DNA of 63,791 bases, the filler included, from Octopus bimaculoides (taxonomy: Eukaryota): the NCBI RefSeq assembly GCF_001194135.2. It is 6 parts of 5 records of this genome, joined end to end, with 100 filler letters (N's around TTAATTAATTAA, not from the genome) between each part and the next. Parts side by side here need not be neighbours in the genome. Positions count along the whole stretch, not along the records: positions 35,946 to 56,228 come from NC_068987.1; positions 56,329 to 58,907 come from NC_068991.1; positions 59,008 to 63,791 come from NC_069010.1; 3 more parts are not named here. The stretch is one strand, 5' to 3'. The position numbers and the translations under genes are program-made. Below, one piece after another: positions 50,501 through 63,540 of the stretch (its first letter is position 1; every line of letters begins with the position of its first letter). The notes under the pieces were generated by a model. It saw nothing but the letters and a program-made list of their open reading frames with translations, did not search any database and was not told where the DNA came from.

Positions 50501-52085
50501 TAATGAAAACAGTAATACGTACACACACGAAGTTCAAGCGAAACAAAATGTAATAGGTGCAAAACATACTTTGTGTAGCATAGTTTTTGCTATAAAATTG
50601 TTTTTTAGGGAATATTTCCAAAAGAAATATTCGAGCGTCGGAAAGTCACCAATCTAGCAAAAATTGTTATGCGTCACCGATGTAACAAAGTACAGTAAAT
50701 CAACATTTATTTGGAACATGTACTAAATGTTATAAATTTCATGATTGAATGTCATAGTGAAGAAAGTCAAGCTCCAAGAAAATTCAGAAGGCATAATTCA
50801 ATTTTTTATACAAATACAATTTATTATTTTATAATTTTTAAACGAAAGTGCGTACAAAGGAATATATTGCTGTTGTGAGCGTTAATTACTTTAAAACATT
50901 TGCTGAAGGGTGCATGTAGCAAGACATACATTATTTTGACATCACTTACTATATATTTTAACTGTGTAAGGTTATAGGCTGTAGAATAAATACGACGTTA
51001 GGATTGTTAAAAAAAGCATTATCTTCAAACTGGTTATAAGGAGTGTAATAACATTTCTGTAATTATATTGAAAGATCCGGTAAGGCTTTCTACTTCGCCA
51101 AGTTTCCGAATGTGTTATAATAGCCAGAATAACACTTTTTTTCAGGTATATTTGCGAGTGTTGTGAGGGGTGTCAAATCAACTAAATCTTGATGTTGTTT
51201 ATAAAAAGCAGAATAATATTCCAGCACGTAAGTAGTGATAATCGTCAATGCTGTTTAAACCGCATGATGAAAAAGAAAATTCAAACTGTGGTACTTCAAA
51301 GTGAAAGCTGTTGTTCGTTCAATGTCCAGGCCGCAACTAAACTACATTCATTCAACGTTGGCGCGTTTCCCTGTTGGGCGGTACAGTCACATACATATAC
51401 GAAGACAGATACACACAGACATACATTCACGCACACCTCAGACCCATCTCTGTTCCTCTGTGTGTCTGTCTTTAGATGTGTGTGTCTGTGTATGTCAGTC
51501 GTCACAAAAATGTATACTGTCACGCATACACTGTCACACGCATACACGAACGTACGTGACAAACGCGCAACACACTCAAATAGAAAATGTGACATGGTAG
51601 TGGTAGTGGTTGTAGTATAAAATGTCGTTCAGATAGCTGACTTAGAGAAAGATTATAATGTTAAATTTTTGTAATGCAAATATGTAAATGAAAATAAAAT
51701 TTATTTGGTAGCCGAAAGATTACTGAATCTTTTGATACCTCATACGTCAAAATCGGCAACTCAGTTATCGAATACTTAAGGAACATACGCGCATGCGCAC
51801 ACACATACACAAACACAGACACACACACAAACACACACACAGACACACACACAGACACACACAAACTCTCTTTTATATATTAAGATATAGTAAAGCGAGT
51901 CATTTCTGTTCTGTGTAAGTCAGACCTTATATACAGTTTTTGTATTTCCTGTATTTAATATACTTGGTATATTCATCTGCCCACCTCGCTTATTCTTACA
52001 TCTACTTCTCTACCCGCTTGAATTCAAACCTCTTGAGTGCTACTAATTGCATTCTATGCGGAGAATACCTGATTCTTATCTTTGA

Positions 52086-52174
<89 letters not shown>

Positions 52175-52176
<2 letters not shown>

Positions 52177-52340
52177 GGTTGAAATTTACAGGAAAAAAAA
52201 GATAAAGACAGGTCTATGAAGAACAAGCAGGTGTATTAGTTTGAAGCTCGGAAAAGTTAAAAAGCCTTTTACGTTTTGAGCCTACGCTCTGCAGCAGAAA
52301 TGGATAAGAGAAAATAAACAGAGAGAGAATAAAAGAACTT
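52175..52340 (-). mobile_element. Non-autonomous repeat with degenerate hammerhead-like motif (52266-52300), likely Penelope-derived
   Basis: Homologous to 14630-14830. The minus strand reads TTT-CTGCTGC-A-GAGC(GTAG)GCTC-AAAA-CG-TA-AAAG, with core positions mutated. Confidence 0.6.
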
Positions 52341-53567
52341 ATGGATTCAAACACCGATATTTCAACAATAAATGTACCTATAAAACTATAGAACAGGGGA
52401 ATGAAACAAAATTATCCGACTAGTTTTGCACTTTAAATTATCGCGGATCAACATTCACTTCAACATTGAGCATTCGCTAAATGTATACGTCTTGTATAAA
52501 ATGAACTAAAACCTACGACTTATTGAACTTTGTTTACATGCCTCTTAAATATTTTGAGTGTCACACCAGATACTTTCAATCAATGCAGGTATATCAGGAT
52601 TGTATGGAGAATAGTTGATTATAAAAGATAAAAATTAAACATTTAATTCATTGTTTATTGTTAAAAAAATTGAAGTTTTCATTTTATATCAGCATTTTAA
52701 AATGTAAATAGACATTTTAACTTAACATTACCTGATTTATATGTTTAACATGTCAATATACGTACTTAGGCATACAACCATTTATTGTCTCATCATTTAA
52801 TACTTTCATTACGGCTCTTCCTCATCAATGAAAACAACACATAAAAAGCGTTAACTAATACTAGGTAAAGTGTTCTGCCCACTATCAACTTTTTCCCCAA
52901 AGTATGTTAAACGTATGTTGCTAATATAGATCTCACTTTCTTTTTACGAAAGCTGCATTTAGGCATACATTTGGTATTAGCTTCAACTATGAATGATATA
53001 CTTTCACGCAAACATATACATATATGTATGTATGTAGGTTTGTATATATGGGTGTGTGTTAGTATAACGAAAAGCAACGTGTTTAACAACAAAAAGTAGA
53101 CCTCAATATCGTTTGAAACAGAGGAATAAATTCATCAAATGAGGGCTTACATCCAAAACTCAGAGTTTCTTGATCGCAATTTATTTATCCCAATCGTTTA
53201 TCAACTGCTGCATGCACGTTCAGTGCAAGAGAAAACAGGTTTTCGCGTGTATTAAACATATTTGCAGCAATTGAGGAACGATAGCATGTATCGACTAAAT
53301 CGCTGTCGGAGATACACTTGGCAAGTATTTCATGCATGACATACAATAATTATATACATACGTAATACGGACATAAATACCCTGTTGCTGATGTTGAAAT
53401 TCCAATGAAGGAACCTTAAAGCTAGGTCAGAAACCGGTTCTTTCTGTATTGGCAAGAAATAAAGCTACCTTTAAGTCAGTCGCGCGCATGTTTCGCTTAT
53501 TTCTTGTGTGTTTTACCGGATAAATGTCACCAACTATCTACCCTGAGTAATTACGAACGGCAAGAGC

Positions 53568-53614
<47 letters not shown>

Positions 53615-54408
53615 TTTGAACTTTTGAGATGGATCACTTTCACTGTACTTGTATTTTGCATTACTACCATCCTTTCTTTCATTAATCTGTTATTACATAG
53701 TTACAGAAATAGGANNNNNNNNNNNNNNNNNNNNNNNNNNNNNNNNNNNNNNNNNNNNNNNNNNNNNNNNNNNNNNNNNNNNNNNNNNNNNNNNNNNNNN
53801 NNNNNNNNNNNNNNNNNNNNNNNNNNNNNNNNNNNNNNNNNNNNNNNNNNNNNNNNNNNNNNNNNNNNNNNNNNNNNNNNNNNNNNNNNNNNNNNNNNNN
53901 NNNNNNNNNNNNNNNNNNNNNNNNNNNNNNNNNNNNNNNNNNNNNNNNNNNNNNNNNNNNNNNNNNNNNNNNNNNNNNNNNNNNNNNNNNNNNNNNNNNN
54001 NNNNNNNNNNNNNNNNNNNNNNNNNNNNNNNNNNNNNNNNNNNNNNNNNNNNNNNNNNNNNNNNNNNNNNNNNNNNNNNNNNNNNNNNNNNNNNNNNNNN
54101 NNNNNNNNNNNNNNNNNNNNNNNNNNNNNNNNNNNNNNNNNNNNNNNNNNNNNNNNNNNNNNNNNNNNNNNNNNNNNNNNNNNNNNNNNNNNNNNNNNNN
54201 NNNNNNNNNNNNNNNNNNNNNNNNNNNNNNNNNNNNNNNNNNNNNNNNNNNNNNNNNNNNNNNNNNNNNNNNNNNNNNNNNNNNNNNNNNNNNNNNNNNN
54301 NNNNNNNNNNNNNNNNNNNNNNNNNNNNNNNNNNNNNNNNNNNNNNNNNNNNNNNNNNNNNNNNNNNNNNNNNNNNNNNNNNNNNNNNNNNTATATATAT
54401 ATATATAT

Positions 54409-54456
<48 letters not shown>

Positions 54457-55281
54457 GCAAGTAGAAACAGACATGTAGACGGACAAAGAATGATCGATAG
54501 ATTGATAGATGAAAAGAAAGAACAAAAGAAAAAAGTAAGGTAATACGAAAGATAATATCGCAAAAGGATACGGAAAAATACGGAAGTAGATTAGGCATAA
54601 GGAAGCCATGAGAAAAACAGAAAGCCAAATGGAAAGTGAAGGGAAGACCGTGATAGAAGTGCAGAGAGGAGAATGATAAAGTAGATAGAAAACAAAAAGA
54701 CGAAAGTAGAGGTGATCGAAACGTATAAGCTGTGTGCTCTGCATATGCCCGGTTAAAATGAACCACCACCCATTACATATAAATGCACACAAGAAAGAAT
54801 GGCAAGAGAAGTTATCGACCTAATGACGAGGGTAATGAAACGTAGTGGAAGTTATAAAAGTTGGAACAAAATCCGGTTCTGGGGAATAGGAGGTGAAGAG
54901 TTCAATGGAAGGATACTTTTAAATGAAGAGAAGCTCATAACCGGAAGTACTGGTATAAAGAGTGTAGGAACGGCGTAAAGAAAGTGTAACCTCGAAACGT
55001 AGGCATTCGCATTTGCCACGTAAAGATGTGAGTGTTTGTGTGCGCGTGTGAGTCTGTGCGTGTCAGTGTCAGTGTGTACGTGTGCCTATGAGTGTATGTA
55101 TATACATACAGTCTGATATTAAAACATTTATAGTTAAACTCCTGCATTTTATGTGGAGACACATATACAGGGGCAGAAAGATTGACACATTCATGTATTT
55201 GCAAGAGGTGATTATAATGTACGTATGGATAGATTGCGAAGAATGTACGCATTTACACTATACGTGGATGTGCGTGTTTTC

Positions 55282-55347
<66 letters not shown>

Positions 55348-55453
55348 ATTTATCGACACACAGGGGCATAAGAAGCTTGCACTTATATATATATACATCC
55401 GTGGATAAATAGATGAAAGGACACTCACACACACATACACCCACACACATGTA

Positions 55454-55518
<65 letters not shown>

Positions 55519-56329
55519 TATATATATATATATACACATTTATGTATTTATATGTATATATATTTATATATACATATTCATATGTATATGCATATGCATA
55601 TATATTTATTTATATATACACACATATACACACACATATATGTCTGCTATATGCGTGTGTATATAACGCACATGAACGTGTGAATGTATGTATGCCTGCG
55701 TGAGTAACTACATACCATGCATTCTCTTCTAACGTCTTTCAATTTCTTCCTTTTGTTACAATTTAAAAAAAGAAACTGAAAAATTAAAACAAGGAACTAA
55801 AGAATAAGAAATGCCATTTAATCCTTTCTACTATTTATCTCTTCTTTGTCGTCATTTTCCTTTCTTCATTCCTTGATTCCATTTAATTTTCTCGCTTACT
55901 TACTCGTACACCCACCCACTTTTCCCTGTAGCCTTTTCTTTTTGCTTTACTTCTTTCTTCTTTTTCTTTGTTTTATTTTACCTTTTTTTTTCCATCTTTA
56001 GAAGTCTGTCTTCTATATTTTCTTTTAATCATCGCTGCAAATTTCCATCTTTTTAAAGAAAATAAATATTTCACATAAAAAACAAAAATGAATAATGTAA
56101 AGTAGAAAATTAAAAAAAAATTTCGAAGAAATAAAATATTTAAAATGTATTATATATAAAATATACATTATATAATGCATAAAATATATAATAACATTAT
56201 ATATATGCATATATATATATATATATATNNNNNNNNNNNNNNNNNNNNNNNNNNNNNNNNNNNNNNNNNNNNTTAATTAATTAANNNNNNNNNNNNNNNN
56301 NNNNNNNNNNNNNNNNNNNNNNNNNNNNG

Positions 56330-56340
56330 TGGTGGTAGTG

Positions 56341-56426
<86 letters not shown>
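56330..56426. repeat. Compound (GTA)n(GTT)n microsatellite
   Basis: Visible directly. Many further CA, GA, GATA, TATG and ATT tracts occur throughout, e.g. 9526-9595, 10280-10380, 11383-11456, 25800-25870, 28468-28530, 36797-36878, 52089-52175. Confidence 0.95.
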
Positions 56427-56427
<1 letters not shown>

Positions 56428-57664
56428 AGCCCCAGTTTAACTCTTAGTGAACCGACCTATGATCAGATACATTTCAGTCATGGCCATCCCCTCTTTTTGG
56501 AAGTATGTCTCGGGATACATTACCGTGTGTGTCCTTTTCTTTCACAAGACACTAGGATGCCGTCTAAGTGATATTTGGTTGTGATTTTTACCAAATCAAG
56601 AGTCCATGTAGAGACAGTAAGTTTGGTAAAAAAAAATAATTAAAAAAGCACTGCCGAATTTGTTGTTTAGATGACTGGTGGTACCGCAACGTACTGCAAC
56701 ACGTAAAAATGTATCTTAATTGTAATTAGTAGATTTGTTTTAATTGTGCTTTCTCTTTGGCACTGCTTCCTGCCTTCTGTTCTGTATATTTTCAGTTAGA
56801 ATGCGCAGGCATTATTTTGCACGGTTGATGTAAATTGTATGTGAATTACGATCGGAAATTTTCCAAGTTAAAACCGGAACATTTTATTTCCTTTCTCGTA
56901 TGTTCCAGATAAACCGTGAGAGATGAGTGGATTTCTTTATTTGTGCCTTAAAGAATTAGCGGGTCGTAAGAATGTATTTTTGAATAACAATTATTTTTTG
57001 CTTACTCGATGTGTTTCTTCTTTGCTGCCAGGTAACAGTTATAAATTTCTCGATACAACAAAGCATTTGTTGCATGGAATTTCATTTGTTTCTCTTTCTT
57101 AAGAAATTGTCTGATCGCATGAATTTACTTGCAACTGAATGTATCTTCTGCGTGTCCAATATAGTTCTTTCTTCCCAAGTAATAGATGGTGGATACAGTA
57201 AAGCCTTTGTTAAGTGTACGCAACTGTGTAGACATGCTGGAGTACTATAGCAGCACTACTGTAGCTGAAATAAGGTGTGTTGCTATAACCAGCAGACTTT
57301 ACAACACTTATATATCCAAACATTTGAATATTGACGTGAAGAACGTAGTGGAGACAGAAAACTCGAAGTATCGATGTCATTAATAGTCAACCTGAAAATA
57401 AATGAATATGTGTGTGAGCATGTATAACTGTATATCTGTGCGCGCGTGTGTGTGCATATGTCATTATTCAGTTTTATTTCAAGATTTCTTGCCAATAAAG
57501 AAAGAGCCGGTTTTCTGAGCTAGATCCAAGGCTCTTCCATTGGAATTTCAACATCAACGACTGGGTATTTTTGTATGTATGTATGTATGTATACGTGCAG
57601 GTTTGTATGTTTTGTTTTATGCATGTCTTCTCTTGCATATACTTGCATACCTAGTCATACACAC

Positions 57665-57703
<39 letters not shown>

Positions 57704-58303
57704 NNNNNNNNNNNNNNNNNNNNNNNNNNNNNNNNNNNNNNNNNNNNNNNNNNNNNNNNNNNNNNNNNNNNNNNNNNNNNNNNNNNNNNNNNNNNNNNNN
57801 NNNNNNNNNNNNNNNNNNNNNNNNNNNNNNNNNNNNNNNNNNNNNNNNNNNNNNNNNNNNNNNNNNNNNNNNNNNNNNNNNNNNNNNNNNNNNNNNNNNN
57901 NNNNNNNNNNNNNNNNNNNNNNNNNNNNNNNNNNNNNNNNNNNNNNNNNNNNNNNNNNNNNNNNNNNNNNNNNNNNNNNNNNNNNNNNNNNNNNNNNNNN
58001 NNNNNNNNNNNNNNNNNNNNNNNNNNNNNNNNNNNNNNNNNNNNNNNNNNNNNNNNNNNNNNNNNNNNNNNNNNNNNNNNNNNNNNNNNNNNNNNNNNNN
58101 NNNNNNNNNNNATATATATGCATGTATGTATGCATGTATGTATGCATGTATGTATGTAATTTTTTATATTATTCTAGTCGGGATGTTGGATAGGCAGACA
58201 TATATATATATAGGAATATATATATGCAGATATATATGCATATATATATAGACATATATATAATATTCTTCGTCTTCTTGTTGTTATTATTATTATTATT
58301 ATT

Positions 58304-58336
<33 letters not shown>

Positions 58337-58571
58337 TAAGTTTTATTGGGCTCCATGTGACTTAAAGTTTGTTCAGGCTCACATTCACGATTACAAATTC
58401 AGTCATCTGAGCCTAAACGAGTTTGGTTTCTCTAAGAAGACTGCAAAACTTTAAGTCGCATGCAGCCGAATCAAACTATTTTAAATAATAATATATACGA
58501 CTACAACAAAATGTGTTGAGTACCTTTTACTTTCGTTTGTTCACTTATTCGTGAGCATACTTATACATTTT

Positions 58572-58614
<43 letters not shown>

Positions 58615-58863
58615 GAGTGTGNNNNNNNNNNNNNNNNNNNNNNNNNNNNNNNNNNNNNNNNNNNNNNNNNNNNNNNNNNNNNNNNNNNNNNNNNNNNNNN
58701 NNNNNNNNNNNNNNNNNNNNNACAGGCCACATAGAAAACATCTCCTTCATCAGCTGCCACCATTCTAACACTGGCGTTTCGACACACATATATACACACA
58801 CTCATTGTACATGTGCGTGTGCATGTATGTATGTGTGTATGTATGTGCGTGTATATATATTAG

Positions 58864-58907
<44 letters not shown>

Positions 58908-59305
58908 NNNNNNNNNNNNNNNNNNNNNNNNNNNNNNNNNNNNNNNNNNNNTTAATTAATTAANNNNNNNNNNNNNNNNNNNNNNNNNNNNNNNNNNNNN
59001 NNNNNNNAGAGAGAGAGAGAGAGAGACGGTTTAGATATAGATTCAAGGCTTGAATATGGTACTTATGCGTAGGCACCCGAATATCGCATCCCAAAAGGAT
59101 ATGTGATTAAAATCAAAAAATAAGCAACACGGATTTCAAAGGTGATTGCAGTACGCACGTTTCATGCTACTTCAATTTATTTAAGTAATGCGAGCATTAC
59201 CTTAAATGCAATATGAAGAGCAATCTTCAGCTGCACGAAAATGCAGAAAAAATTACTGCAGAAAAGACATATTATAAATGTGGCAACATTTTCAAATCCA
59301 TATTT

Positions 59306-59343
<38 letters not shown>

Positions 59344-59562
59344 CGCAGAAGTTGCTGTGTTGGTAAGTAGCTTGCTTACCAACCACGTATTCTGTGAGAG
59401 CTTGTATGGCCAATAACAAAAATTACTCTGTTTGAAAACGGGTGAGGGTTGGTTAGAGGAAGAGTATCTGCAATCAAGGTAAAGCAGATGTTAAAAGGAT
59501 GGTGGCAGATGATGAGGAAGAGAATATATGCATACACACAAAATTTTGTATCTCCTTTTCAG

Positions 59563-59634
59563 ATTTTCAGTAGAATGGATAGCAAAATTGACCACTCGCC
59601 TTTTGGGTTATACAATAAAGTGAATGATTTAGAA
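59563..59634 (+). CDS. TEP/alpha-2-macroglobulin family gene, internal exon (IFSRMDSKIDHSPFGLYNKVNDLE), phase 0-0
   Basis: Acceptor tctccttttcAG at 59561-62, donor GTAAGT at 59635. 72 nt open, in frame with the next exon. Position fits the linker region after the VDxSV motif of A2M-family proteins. An alternative AG at 59569-70 keeps the same frame. Confidence 0.7.
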
Positions 59635-59698
59635 GTAAGTAAAATCAACGGTATTTAAACTACATCTTTTGGTTAATTGATATTTTCAATTCCGTTTA

Positions 59699-60385
59699 TA
59701 TCTACACACTGTGTCATTATCTACATACTATGTCCATCTATCCAGTCAACATCTACACACCATGTCCATCAATCCATTCAACATCTACACACCATGTCCA
59801 TCTATCCAGTCAACATCTACACACTGTGTCCATCAATCCAGTCAACATCTACACACTGTGTCCATCTATCCAGTCAACATCTACACATTGTGTCCANNNN
59901 NNNNNNNNNNNNNNNNNNNNNNNNNNNNNNNNNNNNNNNNNNNNNNNNNNNNNNNNNNNNNNNNNNNNNNNNNNNNNNNNNNNNNNNNNNNNNNNNNNNN
60001 NNNNNNNNNNNNNNNNNNNNNNNNNNNNNNNNNNNNNNNNNNNNNNNNNNNNNNNNNNNNNNNNNNNNNNNNNNNNNNNNNNNNNNNNNNNNNNNNNNNN
60101 NNNNNNNNTCAACATCTACACACCATGTCCATCTATCCAGTCAACATCTACACACTGTGTCCATCAATCCAGTCAACATCTACACACTGTGTCCATCTAT
60201 CCAGTCAACATCTACACATTGTGTCCATCTGTCCAGTCAACATCTACACACTGTGTCCATCTATCCAGTCAACATCTACACACCATGTCCATCTGTCCAG
60301 TCAACATCTACACATTGTGTCCATCTATCCAGTCAATATCTACACATCATGTCCATCTGTCCACTCAACATCTACACACTGTCTA
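59699..60385 (+). repeat. 32-bp minisatellite (ACACTGTGTCCATCTATCCAGTCAACATCTAC)n inside a TEP intron
   Basis: Period measured from 59821 to 59853. The array spans the gap at 59897-60108. The long ORFs in all three + frames arise because the unit has no stop codon. Confidence 0.95.
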
Positions 60386-60527
60386 CTTATCCAGTCTGCA
60401 TTTGTATACTTCTCTCTACCCTTTCAAAATCTATACCTGAGTGTATATATTGGTACACTCTAATCTGTCCAGTGTATGTTGTGGCTTTGAACTTTCTCTG
60501 CTGACTTTGCTGTTCTTTCTCTTTCAG

Positions 60528-60570
60528 GATATTGGAATAGCATCTGCTTCTAATGAAATGCGTATTGCTT
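60528..60570 (+). CDS. TEP/A2M family gene, internal exon (DIGIASASNEMRIA+T), phase 0-1
   Basis: Long pyrimidine tract ending ctttcAG, donor GTGAGT at 60571. The 43 nt exactly bridge the phase of the flanking exons (T+AT=Tyr). DLE-DIGIASASN resembles the A2M 'F.D.GL...TN' motif. Confidence 0.75.
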
Positions 60571-60609
60571 GTGAGTGTTACTTTTCTTTAAACTTCTCCT
60601 AGTCCTTTG

Positions 60610-60980
60610 GGGGATGGTGGTGGTGGTGTTAATTGTGGAATTGGTGATGGCGACGGTGGTAGTGGTGCTTGTGGTGTTGGTGTTGGGGAAGGTGATGGTA
60701 GTGGTGGTGGTGATAGTGCAATTATTGTGGAGGTCTTGGTGGTGATGGTCATGATGATGATATTTGTGATATTGGTGGTGGTTGTGATAGTTTGATGGTG
60801 GTAGTGTTGGTGGTGATGGCACTGGTGGTAGTAGTAAGGGTTGTGGTGATGGTGGTGGTTATGGCAGTGGTATGATGGTAGTGGTGATTGTGGTGATGAT
60901 GGCTGTGTTGTTGTTGTTGTTGTGGTGGTGGTGGTGGTGGTAGTGGCAATGGAGGTGGTTGTGGTAATTTGGTGGTGATT
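60610..60980. repeat. Degenerate (GGT/GAT/GTT)n trinucleotide low-complexity tract in a TEP intron
   Basis: Visible directly; gives poly-His/Thr/Val ORFs. Confidence 0.9.
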
Positions 60981-61246
60981 GCTGTTTCTGCAAGATATAT
61001 AGTTTTACTGGTTTATTAGTTTCAGTTTTTGAACTGTGGCCATGCTGGGGCAGTACTTTGAAGTGCTGGTGGGAACAAATCTATCCAAGACCTTACATTA
61101 TTAACTCTGGTAGTCACTCTATTAGACTCCTTGACCAAATTGTTAAGTATTGGAGATGTAAATTAACCTTCACCAGTTGTAAAATGGTAGGAGACAAACA
61201 CAAGGGTACATATACAAATGCACACACACACATATATATTATCATT

Positions 61247-61457
61247 CCTGACTGGCCCTTGTGCCGGTGGCACGTAAAAGCACCCACTACACTCTCGGAG
61301 TGGTTGGCATTAGGAAGGGCATCCAGCTGTAGAAACTCTGCCAAATCAGATTAGAGCCTGGTGTAGCCATCTGGTTCATCAGTCCTCAGTCAAATCGTCC
61401 AACCCATGCTAGCATGGAAAGTGGACGTTAAACGACGATGATGATGATGATGATGAT
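61247..61457 (+). mobile_element. RTE-type 3' UTR/tail repeat ending in (GAT)n
   Basis: Ends ..aacccatgctagcatggaaagtggacgttaaacgac(gat)n. About 93% identical (hand count) to the inverted copy at 62779-62976. A short third tail lies at ~7258-7316. Confidence 0.75.
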
Positions 61458-61902
61458 TTCTTTTATCTTTTACTTGTTTCCGCCATTACACCACAGCCCT
61501 GCCGGGGCACTACCTTGAAGGGTTTTTAGTTGAACAAATCAACCTCAGTCCTTATTTCTTTGAAAGCCTGGTACTTATTCTACCAGTATTTTTTGCAAAA
61601 CTGCTAAGTTATAGGGATTTAAACGCACCAACCCCAGTTGTCAAATTATTCTTCTGCCTGTTTGTTCACACTTTAGACTTTAGTTTGTTAGAGAGGAGAT
61701 GGAGTGAGAGAGAGAGGAAGAGGGAATGTGAGAGTGAATGAGAGAGGAGATACCCAGTCGATGCAGGCTTCCACACAGTTTCTGTTTTTACTTTCAAGGC
61801 AGTGATCAGCTTGGGAACCTATAATCCTCTTCCATTCCCTCTCCCTTCCTCTCTTTCTTTTCCCCTTTATTCTTCTTATCTACTGTCTTTTTCACTTTTG
61901 AG

Positions 61903-62023
61903 ATGCCTTGGATCCAAATCTTCGGCCTGTTGAGGCATCAAGAAGACTCAAAGGTAAAGGACAAAGGACAAAACCACGGACCAACTTCGTAGAGACCTGG
62001 ATGTGGGATTCTGTTGACGTTGG
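61903..62023 (+). CDS. TEP/A2M family gene exon: basic bait/linker region plus RTNFVETWMW motif, phase 1-2
   Basis: Acceptor ttcacttttgAG, donor GTAAGC at 62024. Translation ALDPNLRPVEASRRLKGKGQRTKPRTNFVETWMWDSVDVG matches the family motif R..FPE(T/S)W(L/I)W. Confidence 0.9.
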
Positions 62024-62354
62024 GTAAGCATCAAAAAACACAACAATTTCTTCTCATTTTCATTTTCCTCTGAGTGGCATCTGTCCAAAGACATACCTGA
62101 AATCATCCTGTTGCCTTATAAAGAACAGTACAGGTAGCATAACTTCACAGCTTCGTTATCATTTCATGTTCATTTTTCCCTGTGGTTGGTGCTGTCCACT
62201 GGCTTCTTAGCTCCTGTCAAACCATCCAATCCAAGCCAGTATGTGATAATTTTGCAGCTTTAATAAAAGCATATTCCTTTATCTTTGGTATTTGAATACT
62301 ATTTTTTAATGTGCCATGTTTTACATTTATGTGCTTACTTGTGTGTGTCTGTGC

Positions 62355-62403
<49 letters not shown>

Positions 62404-62778
62404 NNNNNNNNNNNNNNNNNNNNNNNNNNNNNNNNNNNNNNNNNNNNNNNNNNNNNNNNNNNNNNNNNNNNNNNNNNNNNNNNNNNNNNNNNNNNNNNNN
62501 NNNNNNNNNNNNNNNNNNNNNNNNNNNNNNNNNNNNNNNNNNNNNNNNNNNNNNNNNNNNNNNNNNNNNNNNNNNNNNNNNNNNNNNNNNNNNNNNNNNN
62601 NNNNNNNNNNNNNNNNNNNNNNNNNNNNNNNNNNNNNNNNNNNNNNNNNNNNNNNNNNNNNNNNCAGTTTGATCCGTGTGTGGACAGGATGCTGAATGCA
62701 CTTTTGCTGAAGGACAAAAAACTGAAGCCAAGAAGCCAAACAGACACAATGCCAGACAGACATAAAGCCAAAGGGACA

Positions 62779-63130
62779 CATCATCATCGTTTAACATCCG
62801 CTTTCCATGCTAGCATGGGTTGGACGATTTGACTGAGGACTGGTGAAACCAGATGGCTACACCAGGCTCCAATCTGATCTGGCAGTGTTTCTACAGCTGG
62901 ATGCCCTTCCTAACGCCAACCACTCAGAGAGTGTAGTGGGTGCTTTTACGTGTCACCGGCACGATGGCCAGTCAGGCGGTACTGGCAACAGCCACGCTCG
63001 AAACGGTGTATTTTATGTGCCACCTGCACAGGAGCCAGTCCAGGGGCACTGGCAACGATCTCGCTTGAAAGTCCTTACATATGCCACAGGCACAAGTGCC
63101 AGGAAGGCGACGCTTGGCACAGGTGCCATC
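62779..63130 (-). mobile_element. RTE-type 3' UTR/tail repeat, inverted copy
   Basis: The reverse complement of 62779-62976 aligns to 61247-61445; the copy extends further 5' to ~63130. Confidence 0.75.
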
Positions 63131-63540
63131 CCGATTTTGCTTTTGCTTGCCCCAATAAGTCTTCGAACAATGAAAGAAAAAACATTCCTACCTACATAGC
63201 TTAATGACCATTTTAGTCTGTCAAATGGTTATATTGTAGGAATAAAATGATTATCATATATTTTAATTTTCGTATGTCATTTCAGCATTTTGTCCATTCG
63301 GTTTTATGTCCGTTCGGCTTCTAGGCTTCAGCTTCTTAATCCTTCAGTAAAGTGCATTTGCCATCCCATTCGTGTACCATTTGATCATATACACACATAA
63401 ATGCATACACTCACAAACGTGCCCATATACACACACTCACAAAGACAAATCCACACACACACATACATACATGCACACATACATACTCAGTGTATTTGTC
63501 TGTTTTGCTGCTAATCATCAAATCTTATTATTAAACACAG

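Noticed and set aside
51189-51620. 143-aa ORF with CC pairs (RQCCLNR, ESCCSF), considered as an anaphylatoxin-like exon
   Set aside because: Wrong position relative to the TEP linker exons, no proper Cys spacing, and it runs into CA-repeat sequence.
57186-57240. MVDTVKPLLSVRN as the A2M 'AVDKSVLLL' exon
   Set aside because: Only vague similarity; joining needs a weak GTACTA donor and an alternative acceptor. Not supportable without transcripts.
58378-58454. Possible exon SHSRLQIQSSEPKRVW after gtttgttcAG
   Set aside because: All frames hit stops before a credible donor.
60550-60949. His/Thr/Pro-rich minus-strand ORFs
   Set aside because: Degenerate trinucleotide tract without splice support.
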